Of a stretch of 64,000 nucleotides of DNA, positions 37,345 through 46,018 are shown piece by piece (the stretch's first letter is position 1; each line of letters opens with the position of its first letter). The stretch is from Bacteroidia bacterium (GTDB taxonomy: Bacteria; Bacteroidota; Bacteroidia; Palsa-965), in NCBI GenBank assembly GCA_025454955.1, contig JALONL010000019.1:46570-110569 (forward strand), in the 5' to 3' direction. Below the pieces are notes generated by a model. It saw only the letters and a list, made by a program, of their open reading frames with translations, ran no database searches and had not been told where the DNA came from. A program made the translations under genes and the position numbers.

Positions 37345-38397
37345 TTAGCGTACTATGGTCACTGAATCGTAAATTTTGGGTGAGCCGTCGCCCAGGTCGA
37401 GCACATAATAGTATGTGGCATCGGGCAGTCGGTCGCCATAGTTGGTGCCGTCCCAGCTATTGTCATAATTTCCTTTCGAATAAACCAACTGTCCGGTACG
37501 GTCAAATACTTCGAGACGGCAATTGGGATATTTGTAAATATTACCCACGTAAAAGAAATCATTTATCCCGTCGTTGTTGGGCGAGAAGGAATTGTATAAA
37601 AAGATTTCCCGGTTGGGAACCACATTCACCGTTACCGAGGTATAGTTGGGACAGCCAACCTCATCGAAACCCGCAAGCAGGTAGGTGGTGGTATCGGTTG
37701 GTTCGGCACTAACCGAAGCATTGAATGAATTTGATAAACCATCGGGCGGGCTCCAGTAATAGGATGAGCCGCCGCTTGCGGTGAGTATGGCAGTTTGCCC
37801 TTCGAGAATGGTTATTACGGTGGGCGAAACAGTAATTACCGGTATCGGCTGCACTGTAACCAATACCGTATTAACCACCGGCGTGCATCCTGTAGAAGTA
37901 ATGGTAACAGAGTAGGTAGTGGTAACGGTTGGTGTGGCCACCGGGCGCGGATCGGACGTGGAACTTAAACTTGCCGCCGGCGACCAGGCATAAGACAATG
38001 ACCCATCGTTTGTGGGAAGTCCAAGCTGTACCTGCCCGCCTGTGCATACAAAAGTATCGTTTCCGCCACCGGCCACGGCTATGGGGTTAATGTCAATTGT
38101 AATTGTATCAGTATCGGTGTTGCCGTCGGCATCGCTTACGGTGAGAATGTATTGTGTGTTGCCGGCCGGTGTGGCTACCGGGTTGGCCGCGGTGGCGCTG
38201 TTTAGTCCGGTAGCGGGTGTCCAGCTGTAGGTGTAAGGCGCATTACCGCCGGTGGCAGTGGGTGTGCCGCCCAGGGTAAAGTTGGCTCCGGGGCAAATCA
38301 TGGTATAGGTGACACCTGCATCGGCCACTACCTGAGCATTCAGGTGTGAGCCTGTGAGTAAAAGCAGGAGAGTAAGCAGCGGCAAAAATGATTTCAC
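37345..38397 (-). CDS. T9SS type B CTD cargo protein (Ig/PKD-like repeats)
   Basis: Signal peptide is present. Three repeated Ig-like segments follow (..YSWTPATGLNS..NPVATP..T.Y.LTV.D..G..). The C-terminus is YNSFSPNNDGINDFF...LEVFDRTGQLVY...WDGTNYGDRLPDATYYYVL...VTIVR. Confidence 0.8.
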   Translation of the reverse strand: MKSFLPLLTLLLLLTGSHLNAQVVADAGVTYTMICPGANFTLGGTPTATGGNAPYTYSWTPATGLNSATAANPVATPAGNTQYILTVSDADGNTDTDTITIDINPIAVAGGGNDTFVCTGGQVQLGLPTNDGSLSYAWSPAASLSSTSDPRPVATPTVTTTYSVTITSTGCTPVVNTVLVTVQPIPVITVSPTVITILEGQTAILTASGGSSYYWSPPDGLSNSFNASVSAEPTDTTTYLLAGFDEVGCPNYTSVTVNVVPNREIFLYNSFSPNNDGINDFFYVGNIYKYPNCRLEVFDRTGQLVYSKGNYDNSWDGTNYGDRLPDATYYYVLDLGDGSPKIYDSVTIVR

Positions 38398-38484
38398 AAT
38401 CTGGCAGAATGGTTAATATACAGGAGATTCAGGACGATTTACAAAGATAACGTTCTGATTGAGGTGATAAGTGTGAATTTAGGT

Positions 38485-39387
38485 CTAAAAATAGATTTCC
38501 ATGGCCACGCGATAGGTATTGGCGTGTGCCTCCACAATATCCGAAATCTGTGCGGAATATCCGCCGCCCATGCTCACGGCTACCGGCACTTTGTGTTTAC
38601 GACAGGTTTCAAACACCATTCTGTCGCGCAGGGCGCAACCCTGGCGGCTTACGGCGAGGCGGCCGAGTTTGTCGGTGGCCAATATGTCCACACCGGCCTG
38701 GTAGAATACAAAATCGGGTTCCACGGTGTCCATAAGCCGGGGCAAATGGTGTTCGAGCAGGGCGAGGTAGGGTTTGTCGGTAATGCCGTCGGGCAGTTCC
38801 ACGTCGAGGTACGATTGTTCTTTGTGCATGGGGTAATTTTTGGCCCCGTGCATACTGAACGTAAATACGTTTTGGCTGCCGGCAAACAAATGTGCGGTGC
38901 CGTTTCCCTGATGCACATCGAGATCGACCACGAGTATGCGTGTGGCTAATTGGCGGTGCAGGAGCACGTTGGCGGCGGCGGCAATGTCGTTGAGCAGGCA
39001 AAAGCCTTCGCCGCGGTTGGCGTAGGCGTGGTGTGTACCTCCGGCAATGTTAAAGGCCACGCCATGCTGCATGGCCCGCAGCGCACCATCAACCGAGCCC
39101 TGCAAAATGGTGACTTCGCGCTGCACCAGTGCGGGCGAGAGCGGGAAACCGGTTTTGCGTATTTCGGCGGCGGTGAGTTGTTGTGTGTGCAGGCGGTGCA
39201 GGTACGCGGCATCGTGCGTGAGCAGAATGTCGGCATCAGCCATGGGCTGCGGCTCGAAAAAATTGGCGGGTTTCAGTGTGCCTTCGTACAAAAGCTGTTC
39301 GGGCAGCAGTTCGTACTTGGCCATCGGAAACCGATGCCCCGCAGGAAGCGGATGCGCATACACAGGCGACCAGGCAACGTAAAGCAT
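38485..39387 (-). CDS. Histone deacetylase family protein (class II HDAC/AcuC-like)
   Basis: GGTHHAY...EGFCLLND and DLDVHQGNGT signatures. The track's first codon is TTG, so I used the downstream ATG (MLYVAWSP). Confidence 0.85.
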   Translation of the reverse strand: MLYVAWSPVYAHPLPAGHRFPMAKYELLPEQLLYEGTLKPANFFEPQPMADADILLTHDAAYLHRLHTQQLTAAEIRKTGFPLSPALVQREVTILQGSVDGALRAMQHGVAFNIAGGTHHAYANRGEGFCLLNDIAAAANVLLHRQLATRILVVDLDVHQGNGTAHLFAGSQNVFTFSMHGAKNYPMHKEQSYLDVELPDGITDKPYLALLEHHLPRLMDTVEPDFVFYQAGVDILATDKLGRLAVSRQGCALRDRMVFETCRKHKVPVAVSMGGGYSAQISDIVEAHANTYRVAMEIYF

Positions 39388-39514
39388 AGGCAGTTGCAAA
39401 AGTAACAATCAAACACTGCCGCAGGTTTGCTGCCACACCATGTTTAACCGCTTACACAAAAATACAACGGCCGCCCTTTTCGGGCAGCCGTTGCAATGCT
39501 GGTTCGTTTATGCG

Positions 39515-40207
39515 TTATCGCAGATCAATTTCCTCGGTTCCGGCCGGGTAATTTTTGAGGCTGTATTCAAACTCGGTGTCGTTTACGGCCAGATTGGGTG
39601 TAAAGGTTTTCACCGCATAAATCATCTTCGATCCGTCGGAATTAAACATGGTGGCACCTACAATCTGTTTTTTCAGTTTATCAATTTTCACCTTCACCGT
39701 GTGGTAACTCTTTCCATCGGGTTTTTCGGGATAGAGGTTGATATACTGAATGGCGCGGCCGCTTTCGGTTACTTCCTTCTCGAATTTGTACTTAAACCCT
39801 TTTTCGTGAATGGTGAAAATATCGGAAGGCACAATGGCATTTTTGGTATTCGGTTTGGACGGATCGGGCGCGTTGTCAACCGTTACTTCTTTGTCCTTTT
39901 CGCTGTAAGTACAAATTACCTGGGTGTTGCTGCGGTATTCCTCCTTGTAAATTTTCTCTTTTATTTTTTTGTTGAGGATTACCTTATACTTTTTGCCTTT
40001 GAGCACCACAGTACCATCCTGCACGTCTTTGGTGCCGTTTGGTTTTTCGATGGTAATGCTGAAAGAAGCAGTAATGCTGGTATATGCCTTCGCGGTTTTG
40101 CTTACCTCGTCGAGGATGGTTTTGGCTTTGGGATCCTGCTGCGCAGCGGCAGAAACAGTGATCAGAAGTGCGGTGGCGGCAAGCGCCTTTTTCAGGGTAG
40201 GTTTCAT
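39515..40207 (-). CDS. LolA-like outer-membrane lipoprotein carrier family protein
   Basis: Signal peptide MKPTLKKALAATALLITVSAAAQ, about 230 aa and beta-rich. It lies immediately downstream of ftsK, which is the ftsK-lolA order seen in E. coli. Confidence 0.55.
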   Translation of the reverse strand: MKPTLKKALAATALLITVSAAAQQDPKAKTILDEVSKTAKAYTSITASFSITIEKPNGTKDVQDGTVVLKGKKYKVILNKKIKEKIYKEEYRSNTQVICTYSEKDKEVTVDNAPDPSKPNTKNAIVPSDIFTIHEKGFKYKFEKEVTESGRAIQYINLYPEKPDGKSYHTVKVKIDKLKKQIVGATMFNSDGSKMIYAVKTFTPNLAVNDTEFEYSLKNYPAGTEEIDLR

Positions 40208-40415
40208 TTTAGAAATCCGATTATGCTGGTCAGGTTTCAAAAAGCGTTCCAAAGTTACAAAATGCTTCTGTTGGTTGTTAAATCATTGATAATCAAAACC
40301 CATTTTAACAGGTTTTGTGCTTTTCAGAGGCTGTTTAAAATTCGTTTTTGAGATTTGTGATGAGCAGATTTTTTCTCAGACAAGGCGCATTTTGCAGGCG
40401 ATCCTTGGAGAGGAT

Positions 40416-40484
40416 CGACAAAAAATGGAACGCGGGATGAGGAAAAATCTGCCATAACAAAGCCAAAGGATGATTTTTAAACAG
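40416..40484 (+). repeat. Copy A of a ~70-bp repeated noncoding element
   Basis: CGACaaaaaATGgaaCGCgggATGAGgAAAA...GCCaAAGGATGATTTtTAAACAG. It shares about 74% identity over about 70 nt with 44268-44335. Confidence 0.6.
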
Positions 40485-40498
40485 CCTCTCAATCAGAC

Positions 40499-40537
40499 TC
40501 CAAAAATTCGGCCGGGTTTAATGTACCCGGCCGAATT
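40499..40537 (-). terminator. Rho-independent terminator of ftsK
   Basis: aattcggccggg-tttaatgta-cccggccgaatt. A perfect 12-bp stem. On the minus strand it is followed by TTTTTGG. Confidence 0.75.
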
Positions 40538-40562
40538 ATGTTTCACAGGTTTGAATTTCAGT

Positions 40563-43235
40563 TTAAAACGGATCGCCGCCGCCGCCTTTGTTTCCGCCCA
40601 GCATTTGTTCGAGCGAGAGTGCGTCTTTAATAAGTACTTCGCGGGCCTTGCTGCCTTCAAACGGGCCAATAATTCCGGCGGCTTCCAGTTGATCTACAAT
40701 ACGACCCGCGCGGTTGTAGCCGAGTTTGAGTTTGCGCTGTAGCAGCGAAGCCGAGCCCTGCTGGTGCTGCACCACAATGCGGGCGGCTTCTTCAAACAGC
40801 GCATCGCGGTCGCCCTCGTCAATTTCCAGTCGGGCCTCGCTGTTTTCGTCCACATACTCGGGCAGCAGAAATGCGCTCGGGTATCCGCGCTGGTCGCCAA
40901 TAAACTGGCAGATGCGCTCCACCTCGGGCGTATCCACAAACGCGCATTGCAAACGCGTAAGGTCGTTGCCGGTAGAAAAAAGCATATCGCCCCGGCCTAT
41001 CAACTGCTCGGCACCGCCCGAATCGAGAATCGTGCGCGAGTCGATTTTAGAGGTTACCCGAAACGCAATTCGCGCCGGGAAATTGGCCTTGATGGTGCCG
41101 GTAATAATGTTTACCGACGGACGCTGCGTGGCAATAATAAGGTGTATACCCACCGCGCGGGCAAGCTGGGCAAGGCGGGCAATGGGTGTTTCCACTTCTT
41201 TGCCGGCGGTCATAATAAGGTCGGCAAACTCATCCACCACCAGCACAATGTAGGGCAGGAATTTATGTTCGCCGGTGGGTGGCAGGCGGCGTTGCACAAT
41301 TTTGGCATTGTATTCCTTAATGTTGCGCACCTGTGCATCTTTCAGCAAATCATAGCGCGTATCCATTTCAATGCACAGCGAGTTGAGCGTGTGTACCACC
41401 TTCTTGGTGTCGGTAATAATGGCTTCGGCGCTGTCGGGCAGTTTGGCCAGGAAGTGGCGCTCTATTTTGTTAAACAGCGTAAGCTCCACTTTCTTGGGAT
41501 CCACCAGCACAAATTTTATCTGCGCCGGATGCTTCTTGTACAACAGCGACACCAGAATGGCGTTCAACCCCACCGATTTACCCTGACCCGTAGCGCCCGC
41601 CATAAGCAGGTGCGGCATTTTGGCCAGATCGGCAATGTAAATTTCGTTCGAAATGGTTTTGCCCAATGCCACCGGCAAATCCATGGTGCTGTGCTGGAAC
41701 CGTTCCGAAGCCAGCAACGCACGCATGGGCACCATTTCGGGATGCTGGTTGGGCACTTCAATACCAATGGTGCCCTTGCCCGGAATGGGCGCAATAATAC
41801 GTATGCCCAATGCCGAAAGGCTCAGCGCAATATCGTCTTCAAGGTTTTTGATTTTCGAAATGCGCACACCCGCCGCCGGGTTTATTTCATAAAGCGTAAC
41901 CGTGGGCCCAATGGTGGCTTTTATTTTTTCAATGGCAATGCCGTAGTTGCCCAGGGTTTCCACAATGCGGTTTTTATTGGCGTTCAGCTCTTCGGTGTTT
42001 ACGCCGCCGTCTTTGCCGGTGCTGTAATTTTCGAGCAGGTCGATGGTGGGAAACTGATAGCTTCCCAGTTCGAGCGTGGGATCAAACTCGCCAAACTCGC
42101 GCACCAGTTCATCGGCCTTGTTTACAATCTCGTCGGCACTGAGTTCGGCTTCTTCTTTTTTCTCTACGGTAAATTGTATGTTGTCGTCGGCCGTGAGGTC
42201 GGTGGTTACGGGCAGCACGGGCGGAATCTGAGCCACGGCCACCGGCTCGGGTTCTTCTTCGGGTTCGGGTTCCTCGTCGTAATCCTGCGCTGCAATTTCG
42301 GGTTCGGTTTCGGGCTGTGGTGTTTCCACGGTCAGGAGCACGGGCTCGGGAATTTCCTCCTCCTCAGGCTCTTCTTCTGTATCGTCTTCAATATCGTTTT
42401 CGGCCTTTTCTTCGGGCTGCCGGCGAATTTCGTTGCGGGCTGCCGCATTGGCCTTTTCTTCTTCGGTGTCGGTTTCTTCATTATCGGCATCGGCAGTTTG
42501 TGTGCGTTTAAACACAAACGAGAAGTTAAACACCACAATAAGGAAACAGGCCGCCACAAACACGAGGAAAAGTCCCGTACCAATTTTGCCAAACACCCCG
42601 TTAAGCCAGTTGCTCACTTCGTAGCCAAACACCCCGCCCGGATAAAACACCGCCGTGCTGAACACATAACCCAGCAGCACCGAGCCAAACAACAGCGAAA
42701 ACACCCCAAACCGAAACGTTTTGCCAAACGGCAGCACCTCGGCCCCGGTAAGCATACGTATGCCGCCAATAAACGTAAGCAGCGGCACCACAAACGACAT
42801 AATACCAAACCCGCCATGAATAAACAGGTGCGACACCAACGCCCCGAATTTGCCCAGCACATTGGTAATGCGCGCGCCCGGCGAAAAAAGCTCGCCCAGG
42901 GGGCCCATTACGAGGTTCTGGTCGGCTTTCCAGGTAAAGAAGTACGAGAGGAAAGCCACGGCCAGGTAAGGCGTAACAATGAAAAGCAGAAACGCCCCGA
43001 TGAGTTTGCGCAGGCGTTCGTCGCTGGCAAAGCGGTCCTGCACACTGCCAAACAGGCGAAAACGCGGCTTGCTGCCCTCGGGAGCCTCTTGCTGGGGCTC
43101 ATTTTCGGGGGCAGGTGCAGGGCGCTGGGGGCGCTTTTTGCGCTCGGGGGGCGGGGGCGGCGTTTCCTGCACCGGCTCCTGAGGCCGGAGCGTGTTGCGG
43201 GCGGTGTTTTTCTTTGGTTTTGGTTCTTCGGCCAT
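40563..43235 (-). CDS. ftsK: DNA translocase FtsK
   Basis: N-terminal TM region, a Pro/Glu-rich linker, and a C-terminal motor with Walker A (GATGQGKS) and the conserved FtsK gamma-domain region. Start set at the internal ATG (MAEEPKPKK). Confidence 0.9.
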   Translation of the reverse strand: MAEEPKPKKNTARNTLRPQEPVQETPPPPPERKKRPQRPAPAPENEPQQEAPEGSKPRFRLFGSVQDRFASDERLRKLIGAFLLFIVTPYLAVAFLSYFFTWKADQNLVMGPLGELFSPGARITNVLGKFGALVSHLFIHGGFGIMSFVVPLLTFIGGIRMLTGAEVLPFGKTFRFGVFSLLFGSVLLGYVFSTAVFYPGGVFGYEVSNWLNGVFGKIGTGLFLVFVAACFLIVVFNFSFVFKRTQTADADNEETDTEEEKANAAARNEIRRQPEEKAENDIEDDTEEEPEEEEIPEPVLLTVETPQPETEPEIAAQDYDEEPEPEEEPEPVAVAQIPPVLPVTTDLTADDNIQFTVEKKEEAELSADEIVNKADELVREFGEFDPTLELGSYQFPTIDLLENYSTGKDGGVNTEELNANKNRIVETLGNYGIAIEKIKATIGPTVTLYEINPAAGVRISKIKNLEDDIALSLSALGIRIIAPIPGKGTIGIEVPNQHPEMVPMRALLASERFQHSTMDLPVALGKTISNEIYIADLAKMPHLLMAGATGQGKSVGLNAILVSLLYKKHPAQIKFVLVDPKKVELTLFNKIERHFLAKLPDSAEAIITDTKKVVHTLNSLCIEMDTRYDLLKDAQVRNIKEYNAKIVQRRLPPTGEHKFLPYIVLVVDEFADLIMTAGKEVETPIARLAQLARAVGIHLIIATQRPSVNIITGTIKANFPARIAFRVTSKIDSRTILDSGGAEQLIGRGDMLFSTGNDLTRLQCAFVDTPEVERICQFIGDQRGYPSAFLLPEYVDENSEARLEIDEGDRDALFEEAARIVVQHQQGSASLLQRKLKLGYNRAGRIVDQLEAAGIIGPFEGSKAREVLIKDALSLEQMLGGNKGGGGDPF

Positions 43236-44267
43236 TTGGGCAGTATTCGGGATGCAAACGATCAAAATTACGCGGGGCAAGGGTTGGGTGGGGGGAGCGG
43301 TGGGAATGTTTTGAACGGGGGGGTGTTCAGAATTGGGGGAGGTTTTAATTGTACCGAATTCGGGGGAATTAGAAGTAGTGAGGATAGGTTTTCAACAATA
43401 GTAATCTGTCACCGCAAATTAAGTAGGTGGATTTTTGGTTTATGATACTCAATCTCGGTAAATTAATTACTTTGATATTCAAGAAGGTATAAAAATAACG
43501 CAAAATAAATTTGCTATTGATTTTTTTTTACCTATATTTGATTTCCCTAAATTTATTGTTTATAATTTTTCTTCGGTTCGCTCCGATCTCTCCATTCTAC
43601 ATCGTAATTTTGATGTAGGGAGATTTTCATAACCCTTCTCCTCCGAATGTATAATTACATTTAATTCTTGCCAAGCTAAATGGCATGAATTGACTGGTCT
43701 TATTTAAAAGTTAAGTGTGAACCACCCGCCTGAAAGGTGGCCTAATAAGTCTAACCAAAAACTTTACGAAATGAGAGTTGTAAGAATTACAACAACAATT
43801 CGCGTAGTACGCATTAGAGTACGCAAAATTCGCTAAATGCGAGTAATGCACCAGTTAACTTCGGTTGACTTGGTTCAGTAATTAATGCTACAACATTAAT
43901 TACTGCAGGCCTCCTTTCTGGGGGATCAAATGAAACGGATTAAGGACACCAGCAAGAATATACTGCTGTTCTTTATAAATTGTCTCATTTGCAATAATGT
44001 AAAGAACTTACTTAATCCTATTCAATTGGGGGCGGCATCATTAGACCGCCCCCTTTCAATGTGACAAATATACTATTTCTGTGCAATCATTTTTATAATT
44101 CAATCTGTGTCTGTCACACTGATAAATTATTTACATCGGTTCTGTCATTAAGTGTTTTATCGATATGAATAAATTAAATCCAATAAAGCTGCTCGTGCTT
44201 CGGACTAAAGGAGCAATTGCGGACGTTTTTTCTGGCTAAGTTGCCAAACTAATTAATGTTCGAGCAG

Positions 44268-44335
44268 CGACGAAAGATGCAGCGCAGAATGAGAAAAGTG
44301 TATCCCCAAAACGCCTAAGGATGATTTGTAAACAG
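44268..44335 (+). repeat. Copy B of the ~70-bp repeated noncoding element
   Basis: CGACgaaagATGcagCGCagaATGAGAAAA...GCCtAAGGATGATTTgTAAACAG. A TTTG ... TAGTTTCG promoter-like pair follows on the plus strand. Confidence 0.6.
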
Positions 44336-44416
44336 AGTTATTTGAATTAGTTTCGCAATTACCTTGCTATCATTAATAGATATTCATATATTTGAGAATA
44401 ACCAAATAAAAAAAAT

Positions 44417-44539
44417 ATGGGACTTAAGCCAGGACCAAAAAGAACTGCAAAATCAACAGGTAAGCCAGATCAACGTCAACGTGATAACAAAGGGACACCT
44501 GGTAATAACCCGTTGGTAAAGCCCGCGAAGAAGAAATAA
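44417..44539 (+). CDS. Possible 40-aa basic small protein (doubtful)
   Basis: ATG...TAA ORF encoding MGLKPGPKRTAKSTGKPDQRQRDNKGTPGNNPLVKPAKKK. It is below the 60-aa cut-off of the ORF track. A -33/-7-like TTTG-N19-TAGTTTCG lies about 70 nt upstream. Confidence 0.2.
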   Translation: MGLKPGPKRTAKSTGKPDQRQRDNKGTPGNNPLVKPAKKK

Positions 44540-44748
44540 TGAATAGACTAATGTGCTTTCATTTGGAAAAAAAATGATGTAAAATTCTTTCTCCACCTGC
44601 ACATTACTAAAAGGTGGATAAAGTAAAATTTTGCTCAATCATTAAAAACTTAAAACCACTTCCAACCGCAAGCAAAAGAAACTTCCCTAGAATCCCCACA
44701 TCCTCATCGCCGCATTAGCCCCCAATAAATTACTCCCAAGATCAGCCC

Positions 44749-44813
44749 ATGCAACGAATAACACATTATTCGTTGCATATTTTGCAACAAGTGTTGCATT
44801 TTGCAACGATTAA
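44749..44813. promoter_or_regulatory. Cluster of palindromic GCAAC/GTTGC operator-like sites plus a TAnnTTTG -7 box upstream of the Fic gene
   Basis: A 12-bp perfect inverted repeat atgcaacgaata-N6-tattcgttgcat lies at 44749-44778. A second palindrome tgcaaca-ag-tgttgca lies at 44783-44798. A third half-site ttgcaacgat lies at 44801-44810. TATATTTG is at about 44818-44825, roughly 19 nt before the ATG. Confidence 0.6.
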
Positions 44814-44843
44814 CCCCTATATTTGTTGCATAAATTAAGGCGA

Positions 44844-45947
44844 ATGAGCATCTACATCCACCAAAAACAGCATTGGCCAAACTTTTACTGGAACAATGAT
44901 GAACTGCTCAATTTACTGAGTGAAGCCAGAAACCTGCAGGGCCGTTTGCTGGGAAAAATGCAAACACTGGGGTTTGAATTGCAGGATGAAGCATTGCTTG
45001 AAACGTTGGCACTCGACGTATTGAAATCATCGGAAATTGAGGGTGAAATTTATAATCCTGAGCAGGTGCGCTCTTCATTGGCTGAACGGTTAGGTCTCGA
45101 ATATGCAGGTACAGTAATGTCGGACAGAAATGTGGACGGTATGGTGGATATGATGATTGATGCCACCCGGAATTGTTTTGCCCCGTTAACCCAAGAGCGG
45201 CTTTTCGACTGGCACGCGGCATTGTTTCCGATGGGTAGAAGCGGAGTATTTAAAATAACGGTTGCCGGTTGGAGAAAAGATGAAAAAGGCAAAATGCAGG
45301 TTGTTTCGGGTGCTGCGGGAAGAGAAAAGGTTCATTTTCAGGCACCCGATGCGGAGTTGCTTGACGATGAAATGACTTATTTTCTCGATTGGTTTAACGG
45401 AAATGGTAATACCGATTTAGTGATAAAAGCGGCCGTGGCGCACCTTTGGTTTGTAACTATTCACCCTTTTCAGGATGGAAACGGACGTATTACAAGGGCA
45501 TTGACAGATATGTTGCTGGCCCGGTCGGATAAAAGTACCCGGCGATTTTACAGTATGTCGGCTCAAATAAGAATTGAAAGAAATACATACTATCAGATAC
45601 TTGAAAAAACGCAAAAAGGCGATTTAGACATTACTGAATGGATCAGCTGGTTTTTAAACTGCCTAATAAATGCACTGAATGCAAGCGAAAAGATACTTAA
45701 AGGTGTGTTGCAGAAATCGGATTTCTGGAACAAACATGCGGCAATTCCTTTTAATGAGAGGCAGAAAAAGGTATTAACTAAACTGCTGGATGATTTTGAA
45801 GGCAAACTCACCTCACAGAAATGGATGAAACTTACCAACTGCTCAAAAGATACCGCAGTAAGAGATATTAATGATTTAATAGAAAAACAGGTATTGCAGA
45901 AAGCGACAGCGGGAGGTAGAAGTACTTCCTATGAATTGGTGCGATGA
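44844..45947 (+). CDS. Fic family protein (AMPylase-type Fic/Doc fold) with a DUF4172-like N-terminus and a C-terminal winged-helix-like segment
   Basis: Fic motif HPFQDGNGRITRAL. The N-terminus is IYIHQKQHWPNFYWNNDELL. The C-terminus is ...KWMKLTNCSKDTAVRDINDLIEKQVLQKATAGGRSTSYEL, which is HTH-like. GC is lower than the neighbouring genes. Confidence 0.85.
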   Translation: MSIYIHQKQHWPNFYWNNDELLNLLSEARNLQGRLLGKMQTLGFELQDEALLETLALDVLKSSEIEGEIYNPEQVRSSLAERLGLEYAGTVMSDRNVDGMVDMMIDATRNCFAPLTQERLFDWHAALFPMGRSGVFKITVAGWRKDEKGKMQVVSGAAGREKVHFQAPDAELLDDEMTYFLDWFNGNGNTDLVIKAAVAHLWFVTIHPFQDGNGRITRALTDMLLARSDKSTRRFYSMSAQIRIERNTYYQILEKTQKGDLDITEWISWFLNCLINALNASEKILKGVLQKSDFWNKHAAIPFNERQKKVLTKLLDDFEGKLTSQKWMKLTNCSKDTAVRDINDLIEKQVLQKATAGGRSTSYELVR

Positions 45948-46018
45948 GTAAAAAAACTGCCTTCCCCCGGCATTACACCGAAAGAAGGCAGAAAAAAATA
46001 CGTGTTAATTATAACGTA

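Noticed and set aside
40764-43445. 893-aa plus-strand ORF (and many other long antisense ORFs, e.g. 9521-11305, 7362-8111, 13446-14192, 23428-24141, 25960-26700, 28313-28969, 18687-19370, 19554-20414)
   Set aside because: Each lies antisense to a gene with unambiguous family motifs (FtsK Walker A, M1 HExxH, GT4, Kelch/CTD, TamB, YidC, ArgS). Their translations are low-complexity and rich in Gly/Arg/His/Val, as expected for stop-poor antisense frames in GC-rich DNA.
44453-44638. 61-aa minus-strand ORF in the AT-rich region
   Set aside because: The translation is hydrophobic and low-complexity (MSKILLYPPFSNVQVEKEFYIIFF...). It overlaps the equally doubtful plus-strand 40-aa ORF. There is no support for either beyond being open. 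Only the plus-strand ORF has a promoter-like motif.
43281-44820. tRNA, tmRNA, RNase P RNA or SRP RNA in the long ORF-free region
   Set aside because: I scanned by eye for T-loop GTTCRANYC boxes, a tmRNA tag reading frame (...ALAA*), the RNase P GGAAAGUCCGG box and the SRP GGUGCUGUUUACCAGG box. None are present. The only ggttc occurrences (43576, 43870) do not fit a T-arm.
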